From positions 1,536,001-1,600,000 of the forward strand of contig CBDBDQ010000005.1 in the NCBI GenBank assembly GCA_965203905.1: DNA of 64,000 nt, in the 5' to 3' direction. Source of the DNA: Spirochaetia bacterium. GTDB taxonomy: Bacteria > Spirochaetota > Spirochaetia > SZUA-6 > Bin103. The notes under the pieces were generated by a model. The model was not told the DNA's origin, did not search any database, and saw nothing but the letters and a program-made list of their open reading frames with translations. The position numbers were made by a program, and so were the translations under genes. Of the stretch, positions 43,158 through 54,457 are shown one piece after another (positions within the stretch are counted from its first letter, which is position 1; each line of letters begins with the position of its first letter).

Positions 43158-43436
43158 CGCCGCTGGCTCTGTTCAGCCCGTGGTACGACTACCGTGACGC
43201 CGGCCGGGCTCCGGAGGGGAGCTACCGCTATCGGGGCACCTGGGAGACCATCGACCACCTGCTGTTGGGCCCCGGGCTGTTCGACGCCGCCGGCGTGAGC
43301 TATGCCGGCAGCGACCGCTTCACGGTGATCAGTGACGGCCTGCTCGATGCCGAGGGCAGCCCGCGCCGCTTTCTGCGCGGCCCCCCGCCGGGCGGCTACT
43401 CCGACCATCTGCCGCTACGCCTGGACCTGGAACTCC
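43158..43436 (+). repeat. Duplicated 3' end of EEP gene (copy of 39258-39536)
   Basis: About 95% identical by eye, PLALFSPWY...SDHLPLRLDLEL. Confidence 0.9.
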
Positions 43437-43752
43437 GCGATCCGCCGCGCAAAGATGGCCACCCGCTCCGCCGGCGTGGACTGGGTCGTTGCAACCTGCG
43501 ACGCCTGTCGCGAACTGCGACAGTCTCTGCAAAGCGTTGCAGCTCAATTACTTGGGTCGGGATAAGCAGGCTCGATGGTTGCATCTTGGACACTTCGTCA
43601 CGATTGCCCGCAACCGCAGCTTCTGCCGTGACTGATCCCCTCCAATTCAATTCTTTATCAGGATAAGAATTAACAGGCAGACCCAGGCACCTCCCGGAGC
43701 TGGCACGGTTCCTGCTTGTCACTGTGTTGAACGACAACGACAAGGAGGATCC

Positions 43753-45471
43753 GTGCTTACGATTGTCGGCGGCATAGCGGGTGGATTAGGGCTTTTTTTC
43801 ATGGGCATGAAGCTGCTCTCGGAGCATCTCAGGTTGTTGTCCAATCGTCGCCTGCGACAGAGTGCCGCCCGTTGGACCAGGAATCGGTGGACGGGGTTAG
43901 CCTGGGGCGCAATTGCCGGCGCGGTCACGCAGACCATGCCCGCGTTGACGTTCATCATGGTAGGCATGTTGAGGTCGGGACTCCTGTCCGTGCGCCGGGC
44001 GTTCCCCATCCTGCTCGGCGGAAACATCGGGGCGGTGCTGCTGCTGCTGGTCGTGATGCTCGATATCAAAATGGCCGTGCTGTACGTCCTGGGCGTTTCG
44101 CAGATGACAGCCATGATCTCAACGAGAAATAACCGAGCGGCCAGATACCAGACCATGGCCGCAGCGCTGTTCGGGATGGGCATGATGATTCTCGGGTTTC
44201 TCCTGCTCAAGGACTCCGTGTCACCGCTGGCGGACTATCCCTGGTTCAGAGCGATCGTGGCATGGGCCGACCGCTCGCTGTTCCTGTGCCTGTTGGGCGG
44301 CACGTTGCTGTCCGTCGCGATGCAATCGGCGGGCGTGGTGAAGGTTACCAGCATCAGCATGGCCGCGGCTGGACTCCTCGGTATCGAACAGGTCCTGATG
44401 CTCAATCTGGGCGCCTGCCTTGGGTCGAGCGCGGCCCTCTGGCTGTTGACGTTGAACCTGACCGGTTGTTCCCGGCAGGTGGCCATGTACCAGGTGCTGT
44501 TCAACTGCGTGTCGTGCGCCGTATTCGTTCCGCTGCTCATTGTGGAAGCGTACTTCGACGTGCCGCTGTTCAAGGCCGCGATCGTCTCCATCGATCTCCC
44601 TCTGGCGCAGCGATTGGCGTTGTTCGCCGTCTTCGTTGAGCTGACCACCTGCACGTTCCAGCTCACGGTCCTGGGGCCGGCCGCGCGGCTGATCGCACGC
44701 TGGTGGCCGGCTACGGAAGCGGAGACCCTGTCGAAACCGTGGTACGTTCACGACCAAGCCCTGGAAGACGCCGCCAGCTCGCTGCGGCTGGCCGATCGCG
44801 AACAGCGGCGTCTGCTGGAGATACTGTCGCGCTGTCTCGACACGGTACGGCAGGGCACCGAGCTGGGCGCGCTGCGCGAGGCGGCAAAGGCGGTGCTGAC
44901 CCGCATCGAGGAATTCCTGGACGACCTGGCGGAGCATTACCCGGACCAGAGTATCGATGACCACGTTTCGATGCTCACGCGCCAGCGGTTGCTGTTCTGG
45001 CTCGATGAACGGGTGCTGGAGCTGTGCGAAGTGCTGCATACCATGCCCCGGCGAGCGGAGCTGGAGGATTGGCGCATGGGTCTGGTCGAGGGCATCGACG
45101 CCGTGCTGCTGGTGCTGCAAGACATGCTGAGTGCCGGCGACGAGGAGTCCTGGCCGCTTACCATGCAATTGATGAACAGCCGCGGCGAGCTGATGCGCAG
45201 GACGAGAAGCACGTACCTGGGGGACGGATCGTCCCTGAGCGCCGCACAACGAACGAGTGTGCTGCGGCTCACCAGTATCACGGAGCACATCTTCCTGCTG
45301 TTGTCGCGACTGGCGCACGAATATCAACGGTACGCCGCTGAGAATGCCGACGGGCAAACTCCCGACGGCAGAGAGCCGGCGGCCGAGACGATGGCGTCGC
45401 CAAGTGGCCGCGATCTCCGGGAGGACGCCGCACTGAGAGCACTGTCAGCCGGCTCGGCTGCGCGAATGTAA
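43753..45471 (+). CDS. Na/Pi cotransporter family protein (copy 2, identical protein)
   Basis: Same 572-aa translation and same shadow ORFs as copy 1, offset 2394. Confidence 0.85.
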   Translation: MLTIVGGIAGGLGLFFMGMKLLSEHLRLLSNRRLRQSAARWTRNRWTGLAWGAIAGAVTQTMPALTFIMVGMLRSGLLSVRRAFPILLGGNIGAVLLLLVVMLDIKMAVLYVLGVSQMTAMISTRNNRAARYQTMAAALFGMGMMILGFLLLKDSVSPLADYPWFRAIVAWADRSLFLCLLGGTLLSVAMQSAGVVKVTSISMAAAGLLGIEQVLMLNLGACLGSSAALWLLTLNLTGCSRQVAMYQVLFNCVSCAVFVPLLIVEAYFDVPLFKAAIVSIDLPLAQRLALFAVFVELTTCTFQLTVLGPAARLIARWWPATEAETLSKPWYVHDQALEDAASSLRLADREQRRLLEILSRCLDTVRQGTELGALREAAKAVLTRIEEFLDDLAEHYPDQSIDDHVSMLTRQRLLFWLDERVLELCEVLHTMPRRAELEDWRMGLVEGIDAVLLVLQDMLSAGDEESWPLTMQLMNSRGELMRRTRSTYLGDGSSLSAAQRTSVLRLTSITEHIFLLLSRLAHEYQRYAAENADGQTPDGREPAAETMASPSGRDLREDAALRALSAGSAARM

Positions 45472-45485
45472 CCCTCGTCCTCCGC

Positions 45486-45795
45486 CGACGGGTCCGACGT
45501 GATTCTCATGCGCCTCGCGGACGCCGTCGATGCGCTCGGTGGTCTGGGGATGCAGATTCACCGCTCCTACTGGGCTGCGTACACCCACATGAACCGCCTG
45601 GTGCGGCGTGAGGGACGGGTCCTACTGCACCTTTCCGGTGATCGCGAGATTCCGGTGAGCCGCCCCTACCTCAAGGCCGTACGCGCGGCCCTGCCGGACA
45701 GATCCGCGCCTCTGCCGAGCCGGGAGCAACGGCCATCCATCCTGGGCAACGGTTCCAGTCCTCTGCCACGTCGGCGGCGCCGGTCGCCGCAGGGC
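45486..45795 (+). repeat. LytTR 3' fragment plus 54-bp motif; inverted repeat of 58745-59053
   Basis: ILMRLADAVDALGGLGMQIHRSYWA...VSRPYLKAVRA in both; stop TAA changed to CAA here. Confidence 0.9.
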
Positions 45796-45802
45796 CTCAA
45801 GC

Positions 45803-46159
45803 TCAGCGGTTGCGGCGTTCCTCGGACGACTGGCAGGCGATACACAGCAGCGCGTAGGGAATCGCCTCCAGCCGCTCTCTGGGAATGCGCGAGCCGCACA
45901 TCATGCATACCCCGTAGTGACCGTTGGGGATACGTGCCAGCGCCGACTCGATCAGGTTCAGCCGGCGCATCTCGCGTGCGCCGAGCGTCTCCAGGGTCTT
46001 GCGGTCGATGTCCTCGGCCGCGATGTCCACCAGATCCTTGGGATCCATATCTTCCCACAGCTCACGGAACTCCGCGTCCTCCTGCGCCAGATGCGCGAGG
46101 ATCTCCTCTTTCAGGGCGTTCAACCGCTGCTGCATCAACTCGGTGAACTGGTTACTCAC
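45803..46159 (-). CDS. dksA: DksA/TraR C4 zinc finger protein
   Basis: DLVDIA coiled-coil tip, ALARI...YGVCMMCG...RLEAIPYALLCIACQ; GTG start chosen after GGGAG (TTG at 46183 possible). Confidence 0.88.
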   Translation of the reverse strand: MSNQFTELMQQRLNALKEEILAHLAQEDAEFRELWEDMDPKDLVDIAAEDIDRKTLETLGAREMRRLNLIESALARIPNGHYGVCMMCGSRIPRERLEAIPYALLCIACQSSEERRNR

Positions 46160-46294
46160 GGTATCGGACTCCCAGATGGCCAATCAGCCGCACGGACCCG
46201 GAGAGCGGCGCCCGCACGGATGCGCCTGTATGGGTGAATTGCTACGCCTTGTCAAGATCTTCGCTGCGGTCCCAGACCGGTGCCGGACCTTCGG

Positions 46295-46323
46295 TTGACA
46301 AAACCAGCCGTGGCGCATGTACT
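46295..46323 (+). promoter_or_regulatory. Putative infA promoter
   Basis: TTGACA-N17-TGTACT. Confidence 0.55.
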
Positions 46324-46357
46324 ACCACGGTACTATCCCCTGTTGAAAGGATTGTTC

Positions 46358-46576
46358 TTGGCAAAGGAAGAGGCGATCGAGATCGAAGGAACGGTCCGGG
46401 AATCGCTACCCAACACCATGTTTCGCGTCGAGCTGCAGAATGGCCACCGGGTGTTGGCGCACCTGTCCGGGAAGATGCGGCGCCACTACATTCGCATCGT
46501 TCCCGGAGATCGTGTTCGCGTGGCCCTGTCACCGTACGATCTGAACCGCGGCCGCATCATCTATCGCGAACGTTAG
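46358..46576 (+). CDS. infA: Translation initiation factor IF-1
   Basis: [11 protein letters not shown]...[10 protein letters not shown]...HLSGKMR...[13 protein letters not shown]; TTG start. Confidence 0.95.
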   Translation: MAKEEAIEIEGTVRESLPNTMFRVELQNGHRVLAHLSGKMRRHYIRIVPGDRVRVALSPYDLNRGRIIYRER

Positions 46577-46647
46577 GGGTCTGTCGGATTGGCGCGGCAG
46601 CGGCTGATCCGACAGGACTCCGTACGGTAGGCGACGGTTTCGGGGCG

Positions 46648-48939
46648 TCAGGGGCCTGAGCCCAGGTCCCGCACCGCCCCCCGGCTGACCCAGGCGTCGA
46701 GACCGTAGCCGGTACGCACCAGGAGATGCTCACCGTGCTCACCGCGCACCTCCAGGGTGGTGCCCGCGGGCAGCGCCATCCATGGTGCCGCGTCGCGGCG
46801 CGGGATCCTGCGCAGCTCGGTGTCACCGACCACCACGATGGTGCGGGCCTGGTCGACCAGCGCCAGGCCGAATACTGCCGCGACCAGAACCGCGGCAGCC
46901 AGCAGCACGGCCAGCAGCGCCCCCGTGCGGCCGGGCAGGGAAGCAGGCGGCGGCGCCTCGCGACGCTCCGCGCCCTGCATCCGAGCTGGCAAGCGGCGCC
47001 GCAGCCGCCGTAGCAGCCGCTTCCCGACGGGGTGGTGCCCAGCGACGGCAACGACGCAGCCGGCCACCAGCAACAGCGCATGGAACGGCACCGCCGGCGG
47101 CGCGAACGGCGCCGGGCGATGTTGCGTTTCGAGCCCGGCGCCGCGCTCCACCTGCCCCAGCAGCACTCGGTAGCGCCGGTCCAGCGGCGCCCGCCGCAGC
47201 GCCTCCCGCAGCCAGCCGACGGCGCCGGCAGCATCGCCCCGCCCCAACTCCGCAAGCGCCAGGTTGTAACTGATGAGCGCCGGGTGGCAGCCGAGCTGGT
47301 CCCGTGCGGCCCGGTAGCCGGCTTCAGCGGCGGCGTAATCGTGCCGCAAGTAGGCACGCTCGGCCGCGGCAGCCGCCCGCAGCGCCGCCTCCGGTGGGGC
47401 CCCGGTCGCCGGTGCCACGGCGGCCGCGGTCGCCGCCGCGGCAGCAATGGACGCAGCCGCGAGAGCCGCCGGGCGCCGCTTCCGGGCCAGCGCCAGGCAG
47501 CCGCCGACGAGCGGCCCCGGCAGCAGCAGCAGATAGCTCCGCGCGGCGTGCCAGGGCGGCCCGCAACGCAGCCAGCCCATGCGGTCGAGCGCCAGCGGTG
47601 GCGGTGCGGGTGCGGTGGCCGCCGCACCCGGCGCTGCCAGCTCGATCACCCGCGTGAGCCCCGGGTCACGGCGCACCGTGCCGGCGCGCGAGTCGAAGGA
47701 GACGAATTCCGGCACCTCGATCCGATAGCGGCCGGGAGCGGTTGCGAGGTAGCGATGGAGGGCCACGACCTGCCCCGTGTATCCCGAGTCCTGTGCCACC
47801 AGTTCGTCCCTCAGCTCGTGATCCAGCGGCGTCATGCCGTCGGCCCGGGGTACCGGCAGCGTGACGAAACGGTGGTTGCCCGACCCCTCCACGGAGATCG
47901 CGACCGTGACCTCCACCCCGTCCGGATGCGGCCGCCGCTCGATTCGCGCCTGCGCGCTCAGGGAGCCGATCGCACCGCTGGCGGCGATCTCCGGCGGCGG
48001 CTCGCGTACCGCTACCCGAACCGCCTCGGACTCCAGCGTCGTGCTCCCGGCAGCGGTTGCCAGGGTCACCCTGGCCGGCGCCACGATGATGCGGCCGGCG
48101 CGAGTCGGAGTCAGCAGATAGGATGCCAGCGGAATGCGGTACCCGCGGCCCGCGGAACCGACCTGTTCGCCGATCGCCTCCGCTCCCGGGTAGCGCTCGA
48201 ACCTGGTTGCCGGCGGCGGCTCCACCTCGATGCGCTCCGGTAGCCGAAGCTCATCCCACCGCACCAGTACCAGGTGCAGGCTGATCGTTTCCCCCACCAG
48301 AGCTTCGCGCCGGGTCAACTCCCAACTCACGACGGGCGTGTTGGCCTCCTCGGGCAGCGGCTCCAGGACCTGGATCGGCGTCTCGCGCGTGGAGACCACC
48401 TTGCCCGCCAGGCCGACCAGGAAGCCGTCCAGCAGATAGCGCCCGGGACGCCGTGCCCGCATCGTGTAGGAGACCACACGCCGTTGCATCAGCGGCGCGC
48501 CCGGGGTGCCGTCCGCGTCAGCCGCGCCGCCGGCGCCGGCGGCGCCCGCCACCATGCCGTCCGCGGCGACTTCCCGTTGGACCGGCGCCGGAGGCGTCGT
48601 CGCCGCGGGCGGCAACAACCGCGGGCCGCTTACGAATTCCAGGTTCGGCGGCGGCGCCGGCGCGGTCACCCGCAACGAGTCCTGGAGCATGCCGCTCACG
48701 TGGACGTCGAGGCGGAACTCGGCGCCGGCCATGGGGCGCGCCGGCGCCACCTCCACCCAGGCGCGGGGGTCCACCTGCGCCGGCGCCGGCGCGCTCCAGG
48801 GCAGCAGCCCCGCGACCAGCAGCCAGGTGCACGGCCAGGCGACCCGAGCTCGCCGCTTCCGCGACCGGCCGGCACGCCGCGCACGCCCGCCGTGCGCCAC
48901 GGCCTCCGGCGCCGCGGCGCCGAGGTCAGTAACCGTCAC
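46648..48939 (-). CDS. BatD-like protein with C-terminal TPR and SH3-like domains
   Basis: Beta-rich repeats, TM, YNLALA TPR, LPAGTTL...GLDAWV SH3b-like tail; last gene of Bat operon. Confidence 0.7.
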   Translation of the reverse strand: MTVTDLGAAAPEAVAHGGRARRAGRSRKRRARVAWPCTWLLVAGLLPWSAPAPAQVDPRAWVEVAPARPMAGAEFRLDVHVSGMLQDSLRVTAPAPPPNLEFVSGPRLLPPAATTPPAPVQREVAADGMVAGAAGAGGAADADGTPGAPLMQRRVVSYTMRARRPGRYLLDGFLVGLAGKVVSTRETPIQVLEPLPEEANTPVVSWELTRREALVGETISLHLVLVRWDELRLPERIEVEPPPATRFERYPGAEAIGEQVGSAGRGYRIPLASYLLTPTRAGRIIVAPARVTLATAAGSTTLESEAVRVAVREPPPEIAASGAIGSLSAQARIERRPHPDGVEVTVAISVEGSGNHRFVTLPVPRADGMTPLDHELRDELVAQDSGYTGQVVALHRYLATAPGRYRIEVPEFVSFDSRAGTVRRDPGLTRVIELAAPGAAATAPAPPPLALDRMGWLRCGPPWHAARSYLLLLPGPLVGGCLALARKRRPAALAAASIAAAAATAAAVAPATGAPPEAALRAAAAAERAYLRHDYAAAEAGYRAARDQLGCHPALISYNLALAELGRGDAAGAVGWLREALRRAPLDRRYRVLLGQVERGAGLETQHRPAPFAPPAVPFHALLLVAGCVVAVAGHHPVGKRLLRRLRRRLPARMQGAERREAPPPASLPGRTGALLAVLLAAAVLVAAVFGLALVDQARTIVVVGDTELRRIPRRDAAPWMALPAGTTLEVRGEHGEHLLVRTGYGLDAWVSRGAVRDLGSGP

Positions 48940-49498
48940 CGTGGTCCGCCGGCGGCAGCGCGGGGCGCCGCTTCGCCTCCAGCCGGCGCACGAAGTCGAG
49001 AATGCGCGCCGTCTCGGCCGCGGCGCCCGGGCCTGCCGCTTCCCGCTCGCCGCGCGGCGGCGTGGCACGGGCCTTGCCCAGTGCGAGTTCCAGGTTGACC
49101 TTGGCGTCCACAGACGCCGGGGCCAGCAGCAATGCGTCGCGGAAGTGGTGCGCCGCTTGCAGGTATTGGCCCGCCTGGTAGCGCGCGTGGCCGAGGTTGA
49201 ACGCCGTACGCCACAGCAGCTCCCGGTCATGCTCGTGGGCAACGGTCAGCAGCCGTTCCACTCCGGCGTCGACCTCACCCAGGGCCAGGTAGGTGTTGCC
49301 GAGATTGTAGGCCAGGTGGGATCGTGCGCGGGCGGCGCCGGCATGCAGATAGTTGATGGTGGCGTGCACGTAATCGCCGCGGACGTAGGCGTAGTTGCCC
49401 GCCAGCGTCGCCAGCCGCGGCTGCCGGCCCCCACCGAGCGCCAGGATCAGCAGCAGCGCCACCACGGCCGGCGCGGTGCTCAGAAGGTATCGCGCCAT
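48926..49498 (-). CDS. TPR protein (BatC-like)
   Basis: GNYAY, YNLGNTY, FNLGHARY, DAKVNLELA. Confidence 0.8.
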   Translation of the reverse strand: MARYLLSTAPAVVALLLILALGGGRQPRLATLAGNYAYVRGDYVHATINYLHAGAARARSHLAYNLGNTYLALGEVDAGVERLLTVAHEHDRELLWRTAFNLGHARYQAGQYLQAAHHFRDALLLAPASVDAKVNLELALGKARATPPRGEREAAGPGAAAETARILDFVRRLEAKRRPALPPADHGDGY

Positions 49499-50502
49499 CG
49501 TAACCCCCGGCTGGCGGCGCACGCGGCCAGCGCCAGCAGCGCCACCAGGGTCAGCAGCGCGTGGCGCGGGCGGCGCCGCACCCGGAACGGCCGCTCGCCG
49601 GGAGCCGTGGCGTCCCCCTGCCGGTGCGCCCGCAACCAGGTCACCGCCGCGGCCATGGTGTCGGGCTGCAACGGGTCTGCCACCACACCACCGCTCAGTC
49701 GTGCAATCCCTTCCATCGCCTGATCGTCGCGCGCGGATCGTACCGCGCCGGCGGGTCCCCGCAGCGGCTCGCCGCGCCGATCCAGCACCGCGGCGCCGGC
49801 GGCGCTGCCGACCGGAACGGTGACGATCGCCACCCCGGCGCGACCGGCACGCAGAGCCACCTCCAGCGGATCGCCGGAGCTGCCCTCGCCGTCGGACACG
49901 AGCACCACCGTGCGCCGGGCGCCGGCCCGACCCGGCAGCTCTTCGCTGGCGTAACGCAGCGCTGCCGCGATACCCGAGGCCCCCAGCGCCGGCGCCGTCT
50001 CGCGCAGCGCCGCGAGTTGCTGGCGCAAGGCGTGGCGGTCGTCGGTGAAGGGCACCAGCAGATGGGCGGCGTCGCTGAACCCGACCACCGCGAAACGGGT
50101 GCCCGGCAGCTGCTCCAGCAGCGTGTCGAGGACTGCAAGTCCCTGTCCCAGGCGGCTCGGCACCGCGTCCTGCGCGGTCATGCTGCGCGACAGGTCGAGC
50201 AGGGCCACCACCTCGTGACCGCTGGTGGTATCCTCCACCATACCCTCTCCCCAGCGCATGCCCGCTGCCGCGAATATCACGCTCGCAATCGCGATCACCG
50301 TGAGCACCCCGTCGGCGCACCGTTTGAGCCGCAGTACCGCGCCGGCGCGCTTCGCGGCGGCCGCTGGCGTGTGCAGCAGACGCTGCAGGGCGGCGAGATC
50401 GCGCTGCGAACGCCGATAGGAGAACACCAGCGTCACCAGCAACGGCACCAGCAGCAGAAACAGCAACAGGGCTGTCGGGTCGTCTGCGGAAGCGGCAAGC
50501 AT
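49480..50502 (-). CDS. VWA domain protein (BatB-like)
   Basis: DLSRSM MIDAS, PSRL, PFTDD, VSDGE. Confidence 0.85.
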   Translation of the reverse strand: MLAASADDPTALLLFLLLVPLLVTLVFSYRRSQRDLAALQRLLHTPAAAAKRAGAVLRLKRCADGVLTVIAIASVIFAAAGMRWGEGMVEDTTSGHEVVALLDLSRSMTAQDAVPSRLGQGLAVLDTLLEQLPGTRFAVVGFSDAAHLLVPFTDDRHALRQQLAALRETAPALGASGIAAALRYASEELPGRAGARRTVVLVSDGEGSSGDPLEVALRAGRAGVAIVTVPVGSAAGAAVLDRRGEPLRGPAGAVRSARDDQAMEGIARLSGGVVADPLQPDTMAAAVTWLRAHRQGDATAPGERPFRVRRRPRHALLTLVALLALAACAASRGLRWRDTF

Positions 50503-50521
50503 CGTCCGGCCGGCGCCTCTC

Positions 50522-51529
50522 CTAAAACAGCTCGGCAGCGATGACGCGGCGCAGGAGCACCTCCAGCAGCAGCAGCGCCAGCGCCGCCAGCAGCAGCTCC
50601 ACGTGGAGCGGCTCGCGCAACACGCGCACCCGGGTACGCGCCTCGACCCGTTCCAGGGAGTCGATCTCCCGGAACACCGCGGCCAGGGCGCCGGGTTCGG
50701 CGGCGGCGAAGTAGCGCCCGCCGGTGGTCTCCGCGACGTGCTGCAACAACGCCTCGTCGAAGCGTCCGTGATAGATCCCGCGGTGGGTCAGACCGCTCCG
50801 CGTATCGGTCAGTTCCAACGCGGTCGCGCCGGTTCGACCGACGCCGATGGTGTAGATGCGCACCCCCGTCTCGGCCGCGATGTCGGCGGCGGTCCGGGGC
50901 GATATCTCTCCGGCGTTGTTCTCGCCGTCGGTGAGCAGGATGATCACGCGCCCGGCGGCGGAACTGTCCTGCAGGTGCACCAGCGCAACGGCAATCCCCA
51001 TGCCGATGGCGGTAGCGTCTCCCAAGGTCATCACCCGCAGCCGATCCAGTGCGCCATGCAGCGCCGCACGGTCCAGCGTCTTCGGCACCTGCAGTGCGGC
51101 CCGGCCGCTAAAGCTGACCATGCCGATGGCGTCGTTCTCGCGCCCGGACACGAAGTCGCGAATCACCTCGATGGCGGTCGCGAAACGGCTGGCGTCGCCC
51201 AGGTCGCGGGCCGCCATGCTCGGAGACTCGTCGAGCACGATCATCAGGTCGAGTCCCGGGGTCAGGAACACCCGTTCGCGGTGCAGGCGCACCGGTCCCG
51301 CGGCAGCGACGATCAGGGTGGCGACTGCCAGCCAGAACAGCCAGCGGGCGAGGCGGGCGACCAGACCGCGCGCGCCGTTGGACGGCGCCAGGGGGGCAGC
51401 GCCCCACAGGTGGCAACTGACGGAGAGGACGCCGCCGCGGCCGCGCCGGTAGTGGGCCCAGTAGATGGCGGGAGGAAGCAGGAGCAGAGCGGCCAGCGCC
51501 AACGGCTGTTCAACGCTCCACACGAGCAT
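50522..51529 (-). CDS. VWA domain protein (BatA-like)
   Basis: DESPSM, TAIGMGI, LLTDGENNAG, IYTIGVG, TGGRYF. Confidence 0.88.
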   Translation of the reverse strand: MLVWSVEQPLALAALLLLPPAIYWAHYRRGRGGVLSVSCHLWGAAPLAPSNGARGLVARLARWLFWLAVATLIVAAAGPVRLHRERVFLTPGLDLMIVLDESPSMAARDLGDASRFATAIEVIRDFVSGRENDAIGMVSFSGRAALQVPKTLDRAALHGALDRLRVMTLGDATAIGMGIAVALVHLQDSSAAGRVIILLTDGENNAGEISPRTAADIAAETGVRIYTIGVGRTGATALELTDTRSGLTHRGIYHGRFDEALLQHVAETTGGRYFAAAEPGALAAVFREIDSLERVEARTRVRVLREPLHVELLLAALALLLLEVLLRRVIAAELF

Positions 51530-52481
51530 CCTCCCCCGCTCCTTCCAGGGCCGCGTCGATTTCCCGCACCAGGGCGATGAGCTGCTCGGACAGGGCCTGC
51601 ATTTCGGCCGCGCTGGAGTGGCGGCCGGCGAACTTCACGCGATCGGCGGTATCCAGGATCGCCGTCAGCTCCGCTCCCAGCGTGGCGTGCAGTCCGTGGC
51701 CGGGCAGCGCGGTCCGCAACTCGCGGGTAGTGCAGGCGTGCGCGGGTATCCGCATGCGCGCCGCCAGATAGTCGCGGCTCAGATGGGCGAGCTGCGCGTA
51801 GAAGGTGACGGTCTCGGCATCCGCGCCGATCGAGCGGGGGGAACTCGCCTGCAGGCGCCGTACCGCGCGCTCCAACCGCGCCCGCGGCAGCCCGCGCTCC
51901 CGTTCCCGGCGCCAGCGGCGCACGCGCCCGGCAAGCAGCAGGCCGCCGCTTACCAGCAGGTAAGGTACTGTGAGCACCGCGGCGGCCGCCCCCAGCAGGA
52001 CGCCTCCGGTCCCAGGAAGGAGGAGCTGCGGACGCGGCGGCCGCAAGACGGGCGCCGCCGCCCGCTCCCCGGACAGCAGCGATGCCGCCTGTACCGGGAT
52101 GTTCTCCAGGCGAAACGCGCCCACGTCTATCGGTGGCAGGGTAAGCACCCCCGGACGGTAGCTGCTGAACCCCACCCGCACCTCCCAGCGGCCGTCCGAA
52201 CGCGGAACGGTGTCCACGCCGTGGACCACCACCCACTCGTCCGGCGCCACCGCCGCCGGCGCGGTGAGTTGCCGGCTGCTGCGCACCACGACGCGTGCGG
52301 TAACACGATCTCCCACGTAGAACCGGGGCGGCTCGAAGGTGAGCTCTTCCACCGTCGCCGGCACCGCTGCACCGCGCCCCGGCGCCTCCGCGCCCTGGGC
52401 ACCGGCGACTCCGATGCCGGCGACCAGCAGCCAGAGGGCGACCGGCAAGCGCCCGCGCGCGGCGTCGCGCTGCGCCGTCAT
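51510..52481 (-). CDS. Membrane-anchored Bat-operon accessory protein
   Basis: Signal, TM, LSRDYL...TTREL...ADRVKFA; lies between DUF58 and BatA. Confidence 0.7.
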   Translation of the reverse strand: MTAQRDAARGRLPVALWLLVAGIGVAGAQGAEAPGRGAAVPATVEELTFEPPRFYVGDRVTARVVVRSSRQLTAPAAVAPDEWVVVHGVDTVPRSDGRWEVRVGFSSYRPGVLTLPPIDVGAFRLENIPVQAASLLSGERAAAPVLRPPRPQLLLPGTGGVLLGAAAAVLTVPYLLVSGGLLLAGRVRRWRRERERGLPRARLERAVRRLQASSPRSIGADAETVTFYAQLAHLSRDYLAARMRIPAHACTTRELRTALPGHGLHATLGAELTAILDTADRVKFAGRHSSAAEMQALSEQLIALVREIDAALEGAGEDARVER

Positions 52482-53308
52482 GCGCGGTGCGGCGCCGGGC
52501 GGTGCGCGCGGCGGCGGCGAAAGAACGCGGCGAGGGCGGCTCCGGGGTCATCACCGTCGGCGATTTCCAACAGCTCCACCTGGGACCGGCGGCAGCCGTC
52601 GCGGAGCCTGCGGAAGTGGTTCTCCCAGTATTCGCGGTAGCCGCGGCGAAAGCGCCGCGAGGCTCCGGCCGCGTAGATCACGCGACCGCTCTCGGGGTCC
52701 TGCAGCTCGATACCGCCGGTACGCGGGAAGCCGCCGTCCTGCGCTCCGCCCACGCGGATCGCGAGCACCTCGTGACGGCGCCGCAGGGTGATCAACTGGG
52801 GCCAGAATCCGGCGCTCTTGAAATCCGAGATCAACACGCAGGTAGCGCGCCGGTGCAGCAGCTCGAACACCGTGCGCAGCGCCAGCCCCAGGTCGGAGCC
52901 GCGCCCGTGCGGCGCGATCTCCACCACGTCGTTGATCAGCCGCAGCACGTGTCCTCTGCCGCGCCGGGCGGGCAGCCAGCGTTCCTGCCGATCGCTGAAC
53001 AGATACGCGCTTACCGAGTCGCCGGCCTGCTCTACCGCAAGCGCAAGAATGGCCACGATCCAGGCCACCATCAGGTGCTGGCCCGCCGCGCCCTGCACCA
53101 CGGAGGCGGAGACGTCCACCAGCAGCACCAGGTTCAGCTCGCGCTCCTCGCGAAACACCTTGGTGAAGGCGCTGCCCATGCGCGAGGTGACATTCCAGTC
53201 GATCATCCGCACGTCATCGCCGGCGCTGTACTCCCGCACCTCGTCGAACTCCATGCCTTGGCCGCGATACACGCTGCGCTGGCCGCCCGCCAGCAGGCTG
53301 CTGACCAA
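52478..53308 (-). CDS. DUF58 protein (true start probably further upstream)
   Basis: GMEFDEVREY..GDDVRMIDWNVTSR, DVSAS, ISDF. Confidence 0.9.
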   Translation of the reverse strand: MVSSLLAGGQRSVYRGQGMEFDEVREYSAGDDVRMIDWNVTSRMGSAFTKVFREERELNLVLLVDVSASVVQGAAGQHLMVAWIVAILALAVEQAGDSVSAYLFSDRQERWLPARRGRGHVLRLINDVVEIAPHGRGSDLGLALRTVFELLHRRATCVLISDFKSAGFWPQLITLRRRHEVLAIRVGGAQDGGFPRTGGIELQDPESGRVIYAAGASRRFRRGYREYWENHFRRLRDGCRRSQVELLEIADGDDPGAALAAFFRRRRAHRPAPHRA

Positions 53309-53425
53309 CTGCCCGGCGAACAGCTCCAGGCGCTGCGCCTGGCGCGCGAGTGGGCGGTCGATCAGGCTGTGATGGGCGTCGGATTCGCGGCTCGGTGACG
53401 CCTGCCGCCGCCGCCGGATACGCGT

Positions 53426-54437
<1,012 letters not shown>

Positions 54438-54457
<20 letters not shown>

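Noticed and set aside
39258-43436. Duplicated gene 3' ends as DGR template/variable repeats
   Set aside because: Mismatches are not adenine-specific (G/T, T/C, C/G, mostly third positions) and there is no reverse transcriptase in the window
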